From assembly GCA_965206845.1 (NCBI GenBank), contig OZ242221.1, forward strand, positions 384,001 through 448,000: 64,000 nt of DNA, written 5' to 3'. This DNA comes from Cenarchaeum sp. GTDB taxonomy: Archaea; Thermoproteota; Nitrososphaeria; Nitrososphaerales; Nitrosopumilaceae. A model generated the notes under the pieces. That model worked only from the letters and a program-made list of their open reading frames with translations, ran no database searches and had not been told where the DNA came from. Both the position numbers and the translations under genes were made by a program. Numbering within the stretch: position 1 is the stretch's first letter; each line of letters opens with the position of its first letter. Shown piece after piece: positions 10,530 through 21,891 of this stretch.

Positions 10530-10773
10530 TGCCAGGGTTACCGTGGATCTCGGGGAGAAGAACCGGGCCGTATACGAATCCATAAACGCAGACAACATGT
10601 TCTATCCGGAGAACCCCACAGAGACCGTCATGTCACTGTCAGATGAGGTGGTTGCAGACATTCGGTCGGACCAGATATCCCACCTGAGGGCGAACCTCAA
10701 CTCGCTTCTGCGCCTGATTCAGGCAAGCGCAAAATCTATCGAGTCCGCAGCCAGGCCACCCGACGGCCCGTGA
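10513..10773 (+). CDS. pcc1: KEOPS complex subunit Pcc1
   Basis: SHLRANLNSLLRLI motif; conserved position between L37ae and prefoldin beta. Confidence 0.8.
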   Translation: MTSRFSARVTVDLGEKNRAVYESINADNMFYPENPTETVMSLSDEVVADIRSDQISHLRANLNSLLRLIQASAKSIESAARPPDGP

Positions 10774-10822
10774 TCCGGGCAGCGTGACAAGGTATAATAG
10801 AACATCGGCCGCGCCGTATCCT

Positions 10823-11203
10823 ATGTCAGGCCAACAGATGCCGCCGTGGCTGCGGGAGCAGCTGATGAATATGCAGCAGGCACAGCAGAACCTGCAGTCG
10901 ATCATGGCTCAAAAGCAGCAGCTGGACGTGGAGCGGATGGAGACTGACCGGGCCCTAGAGGAGCTCCAGAAGGCGTCTGACGAGGACACAATCTACAAGC
11001 ACGCAGGGAGCGTCCTGGTGAGATACTCAAGAAAGGACATCGTAGACGAGCTGGAAGAGAAGAGGATGCTGGCAAAGACGCGCCACGACGTACTGGAAAA
11101 GCAGGAAGCCCGGCTAAAGGAGTCCCTCAAGGAACAAGAGGCAAAGCTGAACGAGGCCATGAGGGGCCAACAGGCGGGCCCCGATCCGCACCAACGTAAA
11201 TAA
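10823..11203 (+). CDS. pfdB: Prefoldin beta subunit
   Basis: Coiled coils flanking IYKHAGSVLV; MSGQQMPPWL start. Confidence 0.92.
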   Translation: MSGQQMPPWLREQLMNMQQAQQNLQSIMAQKQQLDVERMETDRALEELQKASDEDTIYKHAGSVLVRYSRKDIVDELEEKRMLAKTRHDVLEKQEARLKESLKEQEAKLNEAMRGQQAGPDPHQRK

Positions 11204-11225
11204 CCGACAGCCTTTTCATCACACT

Positions 11226-11912
11226 GTGGCAGGACTCAAGGGTCTGCGCATAGTAGCAGACGAGAGGGAGAAGAAGAGCAGGATTCCCCAGCTGCTCAAG
11301 AATCTGGGGCTTGATGTCGAGGTCGTGACGCTGCCGGTGGGCGACTACATCGTGGCGCCAGAGACGGTAGTCGAGCGCAAGAGCGTCCACGACTTTATAT
11401 CGTCGGTCTTTGACGGCCGGCTTCTGGATCAGTGCCACAGGCTCAAGGAGAACTATACGGATCCCGTCATCATACTGGAGGGGAACATAGACGAGATAGA
11501 GGAGATCGTCGACAACCCCATGGTGTTCTACGGCTCGATGAGGCGGGTCGCAATGGAGTTCAAGATTCCGATACTGCCCACGCCCAGCGCGTACCACACC
11601 GCAAGGCTGCTAGTGGCGCTGTGCAAGAAGCAGGAACACACGCCGGGGCCGTTTCTGAAGAAGATAAAAAAGTCATCGGACCTGCAGCGCCAGCAGCTGT
11701 CAGCCCTTGGGAGCCTTCCAGGGGTAGGGGAGAAGCTGGCAGCCAGGATGCTTGAGAGGTTCGGCTCCCCGCTTGACGCCTTCAACGCTACGCTGGCAGA
11801 CCTATCAAAGGTGGAGGGACTCGGCGAGGCGCGGGCAAAGAAGATCAGGGCAATGCTCAAGAAGAAGACAGGCCGCACGGGGAGCACTGGACAGAAGAGG
11901 CTTGGCGAGTAG
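11226..11912 (+). CDS. xpf: ERCC4/XPF structure-specific endonuclease with HhH motifs
   Basis: DERE, GDY, ERKSVHD, DGRL..Q, LPGVG, VEGLG. Confidence 0.9.
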   Translation: MAGLKGLRIVADEREKKSRIPQLLKNLGLDVEVVTLPVGDYIVAPETVVERKSVHDFISSVFDGRLLDQCHRLKENYTDPVIILEGNIDEIEEIVDNPMVFYGSMRRVAMEFKIPILPTPSAYHTARLLVALCKKQEHTPGPFLKKIKKSSDLQRQQLSALGSLPGVGEKLAARMLERFGSPLDAFNATLADLSKVEGLGEARAKKIRAMLKKKTGRTGSTGQKRLGE

Positions 11913-12207
11913 CGCCGGCAGGGCTTGCCGTCGGGATCTCTGCCGCTCGTAAAGCATGCTGCGGGATCCAGAAGGCCGTTCCCGCTTGACACGGTATCTT
12001 TCGCTTGCCGGCTCGTCAGCAGCTACCTTCTTGGTGAGCGGCTACGCGGCCCTGATCGGCGGCGCATCCCTGCATTGCCACCGCACCCTTGCCGGCGTGC
12101 ATCCTAATGCGATGTGGTCGGTATCTAGTGACGATCACAGGTTCGTATCAGGCCAAGGCGACACCATGATTGACACGATTAAATAAAATGAGACGCATAA
12201 GACAGTC

Positions 12208-12960
12208 ATGTTCAGATCATACAGGTGGGTTGTGGAGAACCTTCACAATCCCGATGTTATAGTACTGGACTCCCGGCAGGAGACGGCGTACAGGTACGGC
12301 CACATACCAGGCTCCCAGTCGCTGATGCTGGACAGGGTGATAAGGCCTGACAGGTACGGCGCCAACCTGGCACCCGACGCGCAGCAAGCCGCAGACGTGT
12401 TTGGCAAAGCGGGGATAGACAAGACAAAGACGGTGGTGGTAACAGGCGACCTCATGGACCCGTCTGCCGCTCGCATAGCCTGGACGCTGAACTACTTTGG
12501 ACACAAGAAGACGTTTCTCATGGAGGATCCGGGGGAGCTGTGGAGGAACAGCTCCAAGATGACAAGGAGGCCGGCAGAGGTCGCGCCCGCCAGGTTCGTC
12601 CCGGAGGTCGACCCCCTCATCAGGACAGACGCGGCAGCAATCCAGGACGGCACCGGCATCACGCTGATTGACGCCCGGAGTCCGCAGGAGTACATGGGAG
12701 GGCACCTGCCCGGCTCGATCCTCATTCCGTTCACAGACGGGCTGGGAACCGACGGCAGGCTGTTTCTGGACGGGAACCGGCTGGAAAGAATGTTCCGATC
12801 CCGCGGTGTCGACGGCGAGGAAAGGATCGTGTGCTACTGCATGCACGGCCACAGGGCATCCAGCCTGTACTTTCAGCTCAGGACTGCGGGGTTTGGAGAT
12901 GTGGTCCTCTATGACGGCTCGTTTGCGGACTGGTACGGGAGGGGGCTACCGCTTGTGTAG
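12208..12960 (+). CDS. Tandem rhodanese sulfurtransferase
   Basis: GHIPGS, DARS..EY.GGHLPG, YCMHGHRAS, LYDGSFADW. Confidence 0.92.
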   Translation: MFRSYRWVVENLHNPDVIVLDSRQETAYRYGHIPGSQSLMLDRVIRPDRYGANLAPDAQQAADVFGKAGIDKTKTVVVTGDLMDPSAARIAWTLNYFGHKKTFLMEDPGELWRNSSKMTRRPAEVAPARFVPEVDPLIRTDAAAIQDGTGITLIDARSPQEYMGGHLPGSILIPFTDGLGTDGRLFLDGNRLERMFRSRGVDGEERIVCYCMHGHRASSLYFQLRTAGFGDVVLYDGSFADWYGRGLPLV

Positions 12961-13467
12961 TCTTCTTTTCAGCGCATTTCCGCACAGCGGGCACTCCCGG
13001 GAATTCTGGAAGCCCTTCTTGCACCCGATACAGTAGTAGACCCACCTGCCGACGGTGCGTATCCCGCCGGTCATCAGGGGTATGACGGGCATCATGAGAT
13101 TTCTTGCCACATTTGACACCGCAAAGTCATCGGTCACCAGCTGGCCGCCCCGCTCCATGCACAGCGCAAGGACCGAGATGTCCTGCTCTGAGAGGTGGCC
13201 GTGATCCCCGGTCTCCCTAGCTTTTGAGATGATCCGCTCCGTTGCGCCGGCGCCTGCCCGCTCCACTGTCAGCCTGCCCGTATGGATCAGGGTCCCCAAG
13301 GCATCCTGCGCCCTTTTGATGTGCCTTACCTCGTCGAAGACCTGCGGCGTGGTGGCAAACCTCTCCGCTGACCTAAAGGGCAGGCCGGCATAAAACGCGC
13401 TGGCATCCAGAATCTTACACGAGTCCGGGGGATCGTCCCCTTGGGTGCCGTGGCTCATCGCCTGCAC
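12946..13467 (-). CDS. nob1: Nob1-like PIN endonuclease with Zn ribbon
   Basis: ILDASAF, LSEQDISVLAL, VTDDFAVSNVA, CIGC...CPLCG. Confidence 0.88.
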   Translation of the reverse strand: MQAMSHGTQGDDPPDSCKILDASAFYAGLPFRSAERFATTPQVFDEVRHIKRAQDALGTLIHTGRLTVERAGAGATERIISKARETGDHGHLSEQDISVLALCMERGGQLVTDDFAVSNVARNLMMPVIPLMTGGIRTVGRWVYYCIGCKKGFQNSRECPLCGNALKRRLHKR

Positions 13468-13559
13468 CCGGCCGGCATTCCCGCAGTCTGCTGGTGCCGC
13501 GCGCCCCCAAGCCGGCGGTTCGGCAGTATGGCATCACAGGACAGGACAGGCGACATCTG

Positions 13560-14384
13560 CTAGAACCCGAGCTTGCTCATCTGCCGCAGGCCGCGCTTCT
13601 TGAGCCTCACAAACGTGGCGGGCGTGTTGTATTTTTTAATGGTGATCGTCTCCCCAAACCCGGCGGACTTGATCACCTGCGCGTCCATGACAACGCTGCA
13701 GTCGTGCGAGCAGACAATCTCGATCTTCTCGTCGGGCACGACGATGGACTCAAGCCGGTACACCGGGGCCACGGGCGTGATTATCAGCACATCTAGGCTC
13801 TCGTGCAGGATAGGGCCGCCCAGGGAGAACGAGTGGCCCGTGGACCCGCTGGGGGTAGCGATTATCACCCCGTCCATCTTCTGCTTGACGTAGTCGTTCT
13901 GAAACTTTATCTCGATCTCTGCCGTCTTGGTAAGGTTCTTCCGCTGGATGAGGATCTCGTTTAGCGCCGGCGCAAACTCTTCTCCCCCGATGGAGGCCAC
14001 GACCCTGGTGCGCCTCTCCAGTATTATCCTGTCCGATGCGATCTGCCTTATGGCCGAGTCCAGCTCGTCCATCGTGATCTCCGCAAGGATCCCCCTGTTG
14101 CCGCCCACGTTTATCGTAAGGAGCGGGGTGACGTCATCCAGGCCTCGAAAGGTCCGCAGGGTGGTACCGTCTCCCCCCATGGTAACTGCCAGATCCAGGT
14201 TCTCCGTCCGCAGGTCCGCTATGCTGTCTGCCCTCTCTGCCCCGTCCACCGACACAGGCGAGATCGTAAAGACCTTGGCCCTTCTCTTCAGGAACTTTGT
14301 TGCGACCATCTTGGCCGCATCTTCGGACACCTTGGAGCCAAACTTGCTGATGATCGCCACTCTGTTTAACTTCAACCACCTCAC
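13560..14384 (-). CDS. ppnK: NAD kinase
   Basis: GGDGT, ALNE, DGVIIATPSGSTGHSFSLGGP. Confidence 0.93.
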   Translation of the reverse strand: MRWLKLNRVAIISKFGSKVSEDAAKMVATKFLKRRAKVFTISPVSVDGAERADSIADLRTENLDLAVTMGGDGTTLRTFRGLDDVTPLLTINVGGNRGILAEITMDELDSAIRQIASDRIILERRTRVVASIGGEEFAPALNEILIQRKNLTKTAEIEIKFQNDYVKQKMDGVIIATPSGSTGHSFSLGGPILHESLDVLIITPVAPVYRLESIVVPDEKIEIVCSHDCSVVMDAQVIKSAGFGETITIKKYNTPATFVRLKKRGLRQMSKLGF

Positions 14385-14583
14385 GATACCCGCGTTTACT
14401 TAAAAATGGATAGCCCGGCGCCAAGGCCGCGTCACGCAAAGCAGGGCTGCTGCGCGCGTGCCGCAGGTGCAGGATCGGCGCCGGCGCAGCGACGCACCCC
14501 CGCCGCAGAACCATGGGACGGAGACCGCCCAGATGCCGGTCGCTACAAAAGAGAATTAAACCCGGTAGAGGAGAGTGCGGTAA

Positions 14584-15402
14584 ATGAGCTACAACCCAAG
14601 GGGTGATCTTGAGAGGTTCCTGGCAGAAGACATCGGGAGCGGTGACATCACAAGCGATCTCCTCTCCCCTGGAACGATGTCTGCGAGGATCGTCGCAAAG
14701 GAGGCGGGCGTCCTGGCAGGCATCGGGTTTGCGGCCCAGATATTCGAGATCGGCGGAGCGTCGGCGTCGGCCACATGGGGCGACGGGGATGCCATTGAGT
14801 CAGATGACGTGGTGCTGGAGGTTGCAGGCACCGCACGCGCGGTCCTCTCGTCTGAGAGGACCGCCCTCAACCTGCTCTCCAGAATGAGCGGCATAGCGAC
14901 ACAGACCCGCGCCCTGACAGAGAGGATCAGGGGCAGCGGGGCGGAGATCTTTGCCACAAGAAAGACCGCCCCGGGGCTCCGGTACTTTGACAAGACTGCA
15001 GTGGAGATTGGGGGCGGCCGGCGGCACAGGATGGCGCTAGACGAGATGGTAATGATAAAGGACAACCATCTTGCGGCAGGAGCGGTACTAGAGGAGGTCA
15101 TCCCCCGGGCAAAGAAGAGACACCACAGAATCGAGGTGGAGGTTGAGAGCACCGCTGACGCCATCACGGCGGCAGAGTGCGGCGCGAACATCATAATGCT
15201 GGACAACTTTACCCCGGAGCAGGTGGCCGCGGCCCTGAAGGCCCTAGAGGACGGCGGGCTCCGGGGCCGGGTCAAGGTGGAAGCGTCAGGCAGAATCAAC
15301 GAGGAGAATGTCGCCCTCTATGCCAGAACCGGCGTGGACATGATATCGTCTGGGGCCATCACGAGCTCGGTCAGGGGCATAGACTTTAGCCTGGAAGTCT
15401 AG
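14584..15402 (+). CDS. nadC: Quinolinate phosphoribosyltransferase
   Basis: ED.G.GDITS, ERTALN, TRKTAPG, IKDNH, IMLDN, EASG. Confidence 0.95.
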   Translation: MSYNPRGDLERFLAEDIGSGDITSDLLSPGTMSARIVAKEAGVLAGIGFAAQIFEIGGASASATWGDGDAIESDDVVLEVAGTARAVLSSERTALNLLSRMSGIATQTRALTERIRGSGAEIFATRKTAPGLRYFDKTAVEIGGGRRHRMALDEMVMIKDNHLAAGAVLEEVIPRAKKRHHRIEVEVESTADAITAAECGANIIMLDNFTPEQVAAALKALEDGGLRGRVKVEASGRINEENVALYARTGVDMISSGAITSSVRGIDFSLEV

Positions 15403-15788
15403 GTCCCAGACAGAATCCGCGCAGCCTCCCTGTTCTTTGGGTCCACCTCCTGCACCATGCGGCAGCACTCCTTAGCCTCCTCTGGCTGACCCAGCTCCAA
15501 GTGCGAGCGGGCCTTGAGGATCAAGGCCTCGGTGTCGTATGTGGCCACATCCAGCGACCTTGCAAGGTAGTGGATCGCCTTTTGGTGCTTGCCGCGGATA
15601 TGGTAGATGCTCCCGACTATGAAGAGGATGTCGTTTTCGTGTGGGACCTCTCGGAGCAGATCCAGCCCCGACCTGAGCGCCAGATCGTACTCCTTGCGCT
15701 TTACCAGCCGTCGCAGCTCCTTCTTCTTGTTCCATATGATACCGGCCCTTGTGTCCTTTGGACCGCGGCCGAACAACCCCAGCACCAC
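15399..15788 (-). CDS. TPR-repeat protein
   Basis: Tandem helical repeats with TPR-like G/A/P pattern (GKHQKAIHYLARSL; LGQPEEAKECC...DPKN). Confidence 0.7.
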   Translation of the reverse strand: MVLGLFGRGPKDTRAGIIWNKKKELRRLVKRKEYDLALRSGLDLLREVPHENDILFIVGSIYHIRGKHQKAIHYLARSLDVATYDTEALILKARSHLELGQPEEAKECCRMVQEVDPKNREAARILSGT

Positions 15789-15817
15789 TACATGAGACGC
15801 GCGAACGAGTCGTATTT

Positions 15818-16774
15818 TTAGCTTATCGCAAGCATCCGCTCTATGGCCAGGCGCGCCCTGTCTGCCGTCTCCTGGGGAACCTTGACCTCGAACCGGTCAC
15901 GGACCAGCGAGTCGTGCACCCCCTCCAGCGTGATCATCTTCATGTACCGGCACTCCGCCTGGTCCGATGCCGCGGCAAAGTTCTTGCCGGGGTTCTGCTT
16001 TCTCATCCTGTGGAGTATGCCGGTCTCCGTGGCGACCACAAAGTTCCTTGATTTTGACTCCTTGGCATGGCGCATCATGCCCTCGGTGGAGAGCACATGC
16101 AGGTTCTCCCCGGCAAACCTTCCCGATGCCACGTCATACATTATCGGAGTGGTGCAGCCGCACTCCGGGTGGATCATAAACTCCGCCTCGCGCATAGAGT
16201 CAAGCTTCCTCTTCACGTCATCAGGCGTTATTCCCGCATGCACGTGGCACTCGCCTGCCCAGATGTACATGTTCTTTCGCCCGGTCATCTTGGAGACGTA
16301 CGATCCCAGAAACATGTCCGGCAAAAAGAGGATCTCCCTGTCTGCGGGTATGGCCTGCACGACACTCACCGCGTTGGATGACGTGCAGCAGTAGTCAAGC
16401 TCCGCCTTGACTTCTGCCGTAGTGTTGACATATCCCACCGCTATGGCATCAGGGTGCCGCCCCTTCCACTGCCGCAGGTCCTCTGCGGTTATCGTGTCAG
16501 ACAGCGAGCAGCCTGCCTCCAGGCTTGGAATCAGGATCCTCTTGTCCGGGGATATGATCGAGGCGGTCTCTGCCATAAAGTGTACCCCGCAAAACACTAT
16601 GACCTTGCTGTCGGTTCTGGCAGCCTGCCTTGCAAGCCCCAGGGAGTCGCCGACAAAGTCTGCCACGTCCTGCACGTCCGGAATCTGATAGTTGTGGGCA
16701 AGGATCACCGCGTCCCGCTCCCCCTTTAGCCTGATGATCTCGTCGCGCAGCGCGGATGTTTGCTGTACCAGCAT
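15818..16774 (-). CDS. nadA: Quinolinate synthase
   Basis: LAHNYQ, GDS, FCGVHFMAE, AGCS, YVNT, CHVH, HPEC, CRYMK. Confidence 0.95.
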   Translation of the reverse strand: MLVQQTSALRDEIIRLKGERDAVILAHNYQIPDVQDVADFVGDSLGLARQAARTDSKVIVFCGVHFMAETASIISPDKRILIPSLEAGCSLSDTITAEDLRQWKGRHPDAIAVGYVNTTAEVKAELDYCCTSSNAVSVVQAIPADREILFLPDMFLGSYVSKMTGRKNMYIWAGECHVHAGITPDDVKRKLDSMREAEFMIHPECGCTTPIMYDVASGRFAGENLHVLSTEGMMRHAKESKSRNFVVATETGILHRMRKQNPGKNFAAASDQAECRYMKMITLEGVHDSLVRDRFEVKVPQETADRARLAIERMLAIS

Positions 16775-16875
16775 GAACTCTAGAATTAAGCTGTCCCGGG
16801 AATTTAAAGAATAGGATACTGCCGGTTATCTCCGCCAAACGGTATAACGGCGGCAATAATTGCCCCTTTGGACGG

Positions 16876-17708
16876 CTACGTTCCCACCCTGATCCCTTCG
16901 GAGCATATCCTGCGCAGCATCTCGACTGCAGACAGGGCGGCCAGACGGCTGGTCTTGGGGTTGTCCTGGTCGGGGACGTTCTCTGTGAGGAACGTCATCC
17001 TGCCAAACCGCCCCCGCGCCTCGATCCTGTGGGAGTTTTTTGTGGCAGAGGGATCCGCCACGATACTCACCTCCGTCCTCTGCGCCCCGAGGCCCGCCAG
17101 GCTGAGAAGGGCGGCCACGTTGATGTTGGCAGGGAACATGGAGACTGCGTTCCGGGCCGGGCCGCGGAATATGGTTGTGGGCTTGGTGATCTCATCGGCG
17201 GACATGTCGAGGGCCGCGAAGAACTTGGCGCCCCGGAGCGAGTCGGGGTGCTTTGTGGTGGTAAGCGTGACCTCCTCCAGCTCGGACCGAACAGACGCAA
17301 GCCCGTCAAGTCCCGCAATGGCACCGGAGGGGAGGTAGATGGTCCTTCCAAACTCCCTGCACGCGTCCTCCAGAACCGCAAAGACCGACTCGTCAAGCAG
17401 GGCCCCGGCGCTCATGATCATGAGATCCTTCCTGTTCTGCAGCACGCTTAGCGCCGCGTCCCTCACCGCATCCTGGGATGCCGCCTCCACCACCAGGTCT
17501 ATGCTCTGGGAGGACAGCAGGTGGTGGTTTGCAACAAGCTGCGGCTTTTTTTGCAGTCTTGAGATCAGGCGGTGTGCCCGCTCGGCTGACGCGTCATACA
17601 CGTGGGTCAGTGCGGCAGCTGCAGTGCGGCAGGTATCTCCCCCGAGTCTATTGCCAGCGCAATCCGGGTGCCTATGGCGCCGCACCCAAGAAGGCCTATC
17701 CGTTTCAA
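16876..17708 (-). pseudogene. nadX: L-aspartate dehydrogenase, frameshifted by a 14-bp insertion near codon 29
   Basis: The N-terminus MKRIGLLGCGAIG (TTG at 17708) is in one frame and LTHVYD...EAAS...SGAIAGLD...FPANINVA...NPKTS is in another. The junction carries the duplication cagtgcggcag-ctg-cagtgcggcag (17608-17632). Confidence 0.8.
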
Positions 17709-17825
17709 TGCGCAAGCTGCCACACGGTTCCTAATTAACTGGATCCGCGCCCTGTCAGGCGCAGGAGCCCTTCCCGGGCGTGCGCCTTCATGCCCGGGCA
17801 GGGGAATGTAGCCACACACTCAGGA

Positions 17826-17869
17826 TAGTCTGCACAGTAAGCATACTAATGACACTGTCCTTAATAATT
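17826..17869. promoter_or_regulatory. Putative operator shared with the CARF-wHTH/PIN locus
   Basis: 17826-17851 matches the reverse complement of 30934-30959 at 23/26 nt, and both are followed at equal spacing by taataatt. Confidence 0.55.
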
Positions 17870-17989
17870 CGTCAGCCCGCATCCAAGTATGCAGCCGTTA
17901 CGGAGGTCGACTCCAAGACCAATTGAGTTAAAAGTGCACGGGGGGCAGCCTCGCATGATGCCTACGCGCGACCGGAGGGGGACATAACC

Positions 17990-19090
17990 TTGCCTAGCAG
18001 CCCCATGGAGTCCCTGGCCAGGGAGCTGGGAGGGCAGATAAGCGGCGTGGAGCACGACGACATCCTTCTTGGTTCCGGAGAGCACGGGTACAGGATAAGG
18101 CCAGAGGGATTCGTTGCGATAGTGCCAACGGATGCTCCCAAAAGGATTGCCGTGGTGGACGGGGGCAACGGCCGGCTTGAGGAGACGGCCAGCTTTTCTG
18201 TCATGATCAACCGCACCTACTTTTCGCTGTTCAAGGGGAAGAGGAGAGAGAGGCCAAGGACCAGATCCCGAATAGAGTTCTTCTCCACGACGGTAGTCAG
18301 CATACCCAAGGGCGAGGCAAAGGACAGGATCAAGTACAGCATCAGACTGTATCCCCAAAAGCCCGAGGATGCGGAGTATCTGCCCGATGCGGCGGACCTG
18401 CACCAGGACAGGAGCTATCCGGGATTCCACGAGCTGACTCAGGTAGACTCGATGGCCAGGAGGTTTGCGGAGTGGAGAATGGCCGCGCATGTGACAAGGG
18501 CCGAGCTGACCGGCGGGGACATACTGATAATGGACGGCTCCCTGCAGACTGGCTTTAAGAGGGAGAAGAGGTACGCAGACGTGCTGTACGATGAGGCCGT
18601 GGAGAAAGGAGTGACAGTGTGCGGCCTGTCAAAGACCAGCATGATGCTTACGGAGTCCGGCGAGTCCCTGCTGGCCAGGGTGGAGGAGATATCCAAGGAG
18701 GCCGGACATGGCATGTGGTACGTAAAGGTGGCCGACAGGGCCTCGCCCGACGGCAGAGTCATGGTGCTGGTGGCAAAGTTTCATCCAAGGTCGGAGTTTG
18801 TTTTCAGGATTGAGATGCTCCGCGACCAGTTCCAGGATATGGACGCAGGCAAGATCAACGACATACTCTCAAGCATAGCCGCAAACGCAGAGGACATCTC
18901 GATGCTGGGATACCCGTACGCGGCAATTGACGCGGACAGGTTTGCGCAGGTGCGCAACAACGAACTGGAAATGTACAAGAGCATGCTGCGCTCTGAGACC
19001 GTAAACGTTCCGGAGCTGGACTGGGAGAGGATCTACAGGTACCGCAACGCACTGACCGCACACGAAAGGCTAAACGAGGTGACCAGCTGA
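17990..19090 (+). CDS. nurA: NurA 5'-3' nuclease
   Basis: AVVDGGN, LIMDGSL, GLSKTS, GYPY...AD..A; directly upstream of herA. Confidence 0.85.
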   Translation: MPSSPMESLARELGGQISGVEHDDILLGSGEHGYRIRPEGFVAIVPTDAPKRIAVVDGGNGRLEETASFSVMINRTYFSLFKGKRRERPRTRSRIEFFSTTVVSIPKGEAKDRIKYSIRLYPQKPEDAEYLPDAADLHQDRSYPGFHELTQVDSMARRFAEWRMAAHVTRAELTGGDILIMDGSLQTGFKREKRYADVLYDEAVEKGVTVCGLSKTSMMLTESGESLLARVEEISKEAGHGMWYVKVADRASPDGRVMVLVAKFHPRSEFVFRIEMLRDQFQDMDAGKINDILSSIAANAEDISMLGYPYAAIDADRFAQVRNNELEMYKSMLRSETVNVPELDWERIYRYRNALTAHERLNEVTS

Positions 19091-20640
19091 TGGGCGCAGA
19101 TGACGGCGTGATAGGCCAGGTGGTCGGCGGAAAGTTTGGCGACGTGATCATACGCCAAAAGGCCGGAACCACCCTGGAGATCGGCTCTCTGCTGGTGTCT
19201 GACGAGGGAAACGGCTTTGTAATCCTCCAGGTGTTTGCCCTGGAATACGCCTCGCAGATTCAGGACAGGATACAGCAGATGCGATCCAGTATCAATCTGG
19301 AGCAGGGAGTCGAGGCCAAGTTTTACGAGCCCGAGTTTGTCAACTACGTGCTTGCCAGGATGAAGCAGATGGCCAGAATCTCAAGCTCAGATCAGGTCAG
19401 CATTCCAAAGAGCCTTCCGACGTTCTTCAACAAGCTGCGGCCGATCTCCAAGGACGATCTGGGCTTTCTGCAGAAGAGAGAGGGAGACATATTTGTGGGC
19501 CACATCAGAAGCGGCACCAAAGTAATCGAGGATGCAGGCGTCTGGCTTCCCGCAGAGGACGTGTTCGCGCACCACATTCTGATTCCCGCCGCCACCGGCC
19601 GGGGAAAGTCAAACCTTGTAAAGACCATACTGTATCACACCATGGACTCAAACAGGGTCGGCGCCTTGGTGCTTGACGCGCACGACGAGTACTATGGAAG
19701 GCATGGCCCCGGGCTCAAGGATCATCCCGATGCAAGGGACAACTTGGAGTACTATACCGCAGAGGATCCCCCACCGGGCGCAAACATGCTGGCCATAAAC
19801 CTGCAGTCGATAAGGCCAGAGCACTTTGAGGGAATCGTGGAGCTCAGCGAGGCACAGGAGAGGGCCATGCGGATGCTATACATGAAGTACAGAAAAGGGT
19901 GGATATCTGCCCTGATGCTTACCGACCCCAGCGCGGCAGAGGACGAGACTGCCGCAAGCACCAGGGCCGTGCTCAAGAGGAAGGTGCAGCTTGTCCTTGG
20001 CCTGGATGTGGACGATGAGGGCAACCTGATCTCGGCTCACAACGTGTTTGACTCTGGAACCAAGGGATTCAAAACGGTGGACCAAGTGGTGCAGCACATC
20101 GAGCAGGGAAGAGTGGTGGTTCTGGACACCTCGCGGCTGGGCGACGAGGCAGAGCTGATAGTCGGAAACATCATCGCCACCAGGCTCCTGCGCAGGTACA
20201 AGCTTCACAAGGCGCGGGGGCAGCTTGCAGACAAGCCCGTGGCAACCATCGTCATCGAGGAGGCGCCCAGGGTCATCGGGGAGGATGTGCTGGCATCAAA
20301 CGGCAACATTTATGCCACCATTGCAAAGGAGGGCCGCAAGTTCAAGATCGGCCTCACCGCAATAACCCAGCTCAGCAGCGTAATACCCAAGACGATACTG
20401 GCAAACATGAACACAAAGATAGTTCTCGGAAACGAGATGAGGCAGGAGCGGGCCGCCATCATCGCGTCGTCCTCGCAGGATCTCTCCGATGACGACAGGA
20501 ACATCGCAAGCCTGGACAAGGGCGAGGCAATAGTCACAAGCATCTTTGTCCCCTTTGCCATGCCCGTCAAGATTCCGCTGTTTGAAGATTTGATAAAGGG
20601 GCGCGCCCCAAGGCGCCAAAAGACGATGAGGGTGCCGTAG
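19090..20640 (+). CDS. herA: HerA helicase/translocase
   Basis: HAS-barrel-like N-terminus, Walker [14 protein letters not shown], Walker [17 protein letters not shown]. Confidence 0.92.
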   Translation: MGADDGVIGQVVGGKFGDVIIRQKAGTTLEIGSLLVSDEGNGFVILQVFALEYASQIQDRIQQMRSSINLEQGVEAKFYEPEFVNYVLARMKQMARISSSDQVSIPKSLPTFFNKLRPISKDDLGFLQKREGDIFVGHIRSGTKVIEDAGVWLPAEDVFAHHILIPAATGRGKSNLVKTILYHTMDSNRVGALVLDAHDEYYGRHGPGLKDHPDARDNLEYYTAEDPPPGANMLAINLQSIRPEHFEGIVELSEAQERAMRMLYMKYRKGWISALMLTDPSAAEDETAASTRAVLKRKVQLVLGLDVDDEGNLISAHNVFDSGTKGFKTVDQVVQHIEQGRVVVLDTSRLGDEAELIVGNIIATRLLRRYKLHKARGQLADKPVATIVIEEAPRVIGEDVLASNGNIYATIAKEGRKFKIGLTAITQLSSVIPKTILANMNTKIVLGNEMRQERAAIIASSSQDLSDDDRNIASLDKGEAIVTSIFVPFAMPVKIPLFEDLIKGRAPRRQKTMRVP

Positions 20641-21891
20641 TTGGGACGGTTCGCCCACCTTGCAGACGTGCACCTGGGGTTCCAAAAGTTTGACAGCCTC
20701 AAAAAGATCGAGCAGGACGCGTTTGAGGGCATAGTCTCCCAGTGCATATCCAGAAGGGTGGACTTTGTGCTGGTATGCGGCGACCTGTTCCACGTGAACA
20801 TCCCAGACATGGGGACAAACACGTTTGCCTTTGAGCAGTTCCGCCGGCTAAAGGAGTCCGGAATTCCGGTCTACGCGGTGTACGGCAGCCACGACTTCTC
20901 CCCCGTCTCAAAGTCCATAATCGATCTGCTCCAAGCGGCAGGCCTGATTACCAAGGTCACAATTCCGGAGGGCGCCAGCGGCAAGACAAGACTCGGGTTC
21001 ATAACCGATCCCAAAACCGGCGCAAAGATTACAGGGCTTCCAGGCCTCAAGGCCGGAAGGGAGAAGGACCTTTATGAGAACCTCGACAGGGAGGCCCTCA
21101 AAGCCGAAGAGGGCTTTAAGATATTCCTGTTCCACGGGGCCATAAGCGAGCTCGTCTCCGATACCCACGGCGACAGCATGGCCCTCTCACTGCTTCCGCC
21201 GGGGTTTGAGTACTACGCCGGAGGCCACCTGCACAAATACACACCCAGGGAGTATCCTGACTATCCCCACGTAATCTATCCCGGGACGCCGTTCTGCGGA
21301 TATCACAGTGACCTGGAGTACAACGCCCGGGGAGGAAAGCGCGGATTTGTCCTAGTTGACTTTGATGACAGGGTAACAGACGTGAAGTTTGTGGTGATTG
21401 AAAACGCAAAGTACGAGATCATAGACACGAACTGCAATAACAGAAACTCGATCCGCGTTGATGCCGAACTGCGCGACTGCGCAAAAAACATCAACCCGCA
21501 GGGCAAGATCATCATAATAAAGCTTGCAGGCGAGCTCAGCACGGGAAAGACCGCAGATATCGACACCACGGAGGTAAAGGGCGGGCTGATGGAGGCAGGG
21601 GCGCTGGCCGTGAACATCCACAAAAACCAGCTGACATCCAAAGAGTACAACATAACCGGGGTAAAGGGAAAGAACCGGGAAGAGATCACGCACAACATAT
21701 TCGCAGAGAACATCGGAGAGGTAATAACCCGCCAAGAGGAGCTTGCAGGCGAGTCCGGGGTGTCGCTGGCAAAAAGACTGCTTGAGGAACTGGCGCAGCC
21801 CAAACAGGACAACGAGAAGAAGCGGGAGTATGAGGAGCGAGTCGACAGCAGGGCACTAGGTGCGATGGAGATAGACATCAATGATTCTTAA
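20641..21891 (+). CDS. mre11: Mre11 nuclease
   Basis: [27 protein letters not shown]. Confidence 0.92.
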   Translation: MGRFAHLADVHLGFQKFDSLKKIEQDAFEGIVSQCISRRVDFVLVCGDLFHVNIPDMGTNTFAFEQFRRLKESGIPVYAVYGSHDFSPVSKSIIDLLQAAGLITKVTIPEGASGKTRLGFITDPKTGAKITGLPGLKAGREKDLYENLDREALKAEEGFKIFLFHGAISELVSDTHGDSMALSLLPPGFEYYAGGHLHKYTPREYPDYPHVIYPGTPFCGYHSDLEYNARGGKRGFVLVDFDDRVTDVKFVVIENAKYEIIDTNCNNRNSIRVDAELRDCAKNINPQGKIIIIKLAGELSTGKTADIDTTEVKGGLMEAGALAVNIHKNQLTSKEYNITGVKGKNREEITHNIFAENIGEVITRQEELAGESGVSLAKRLLEELAQPKQDNEKKREYEERVDSRALGAMEIDINDS

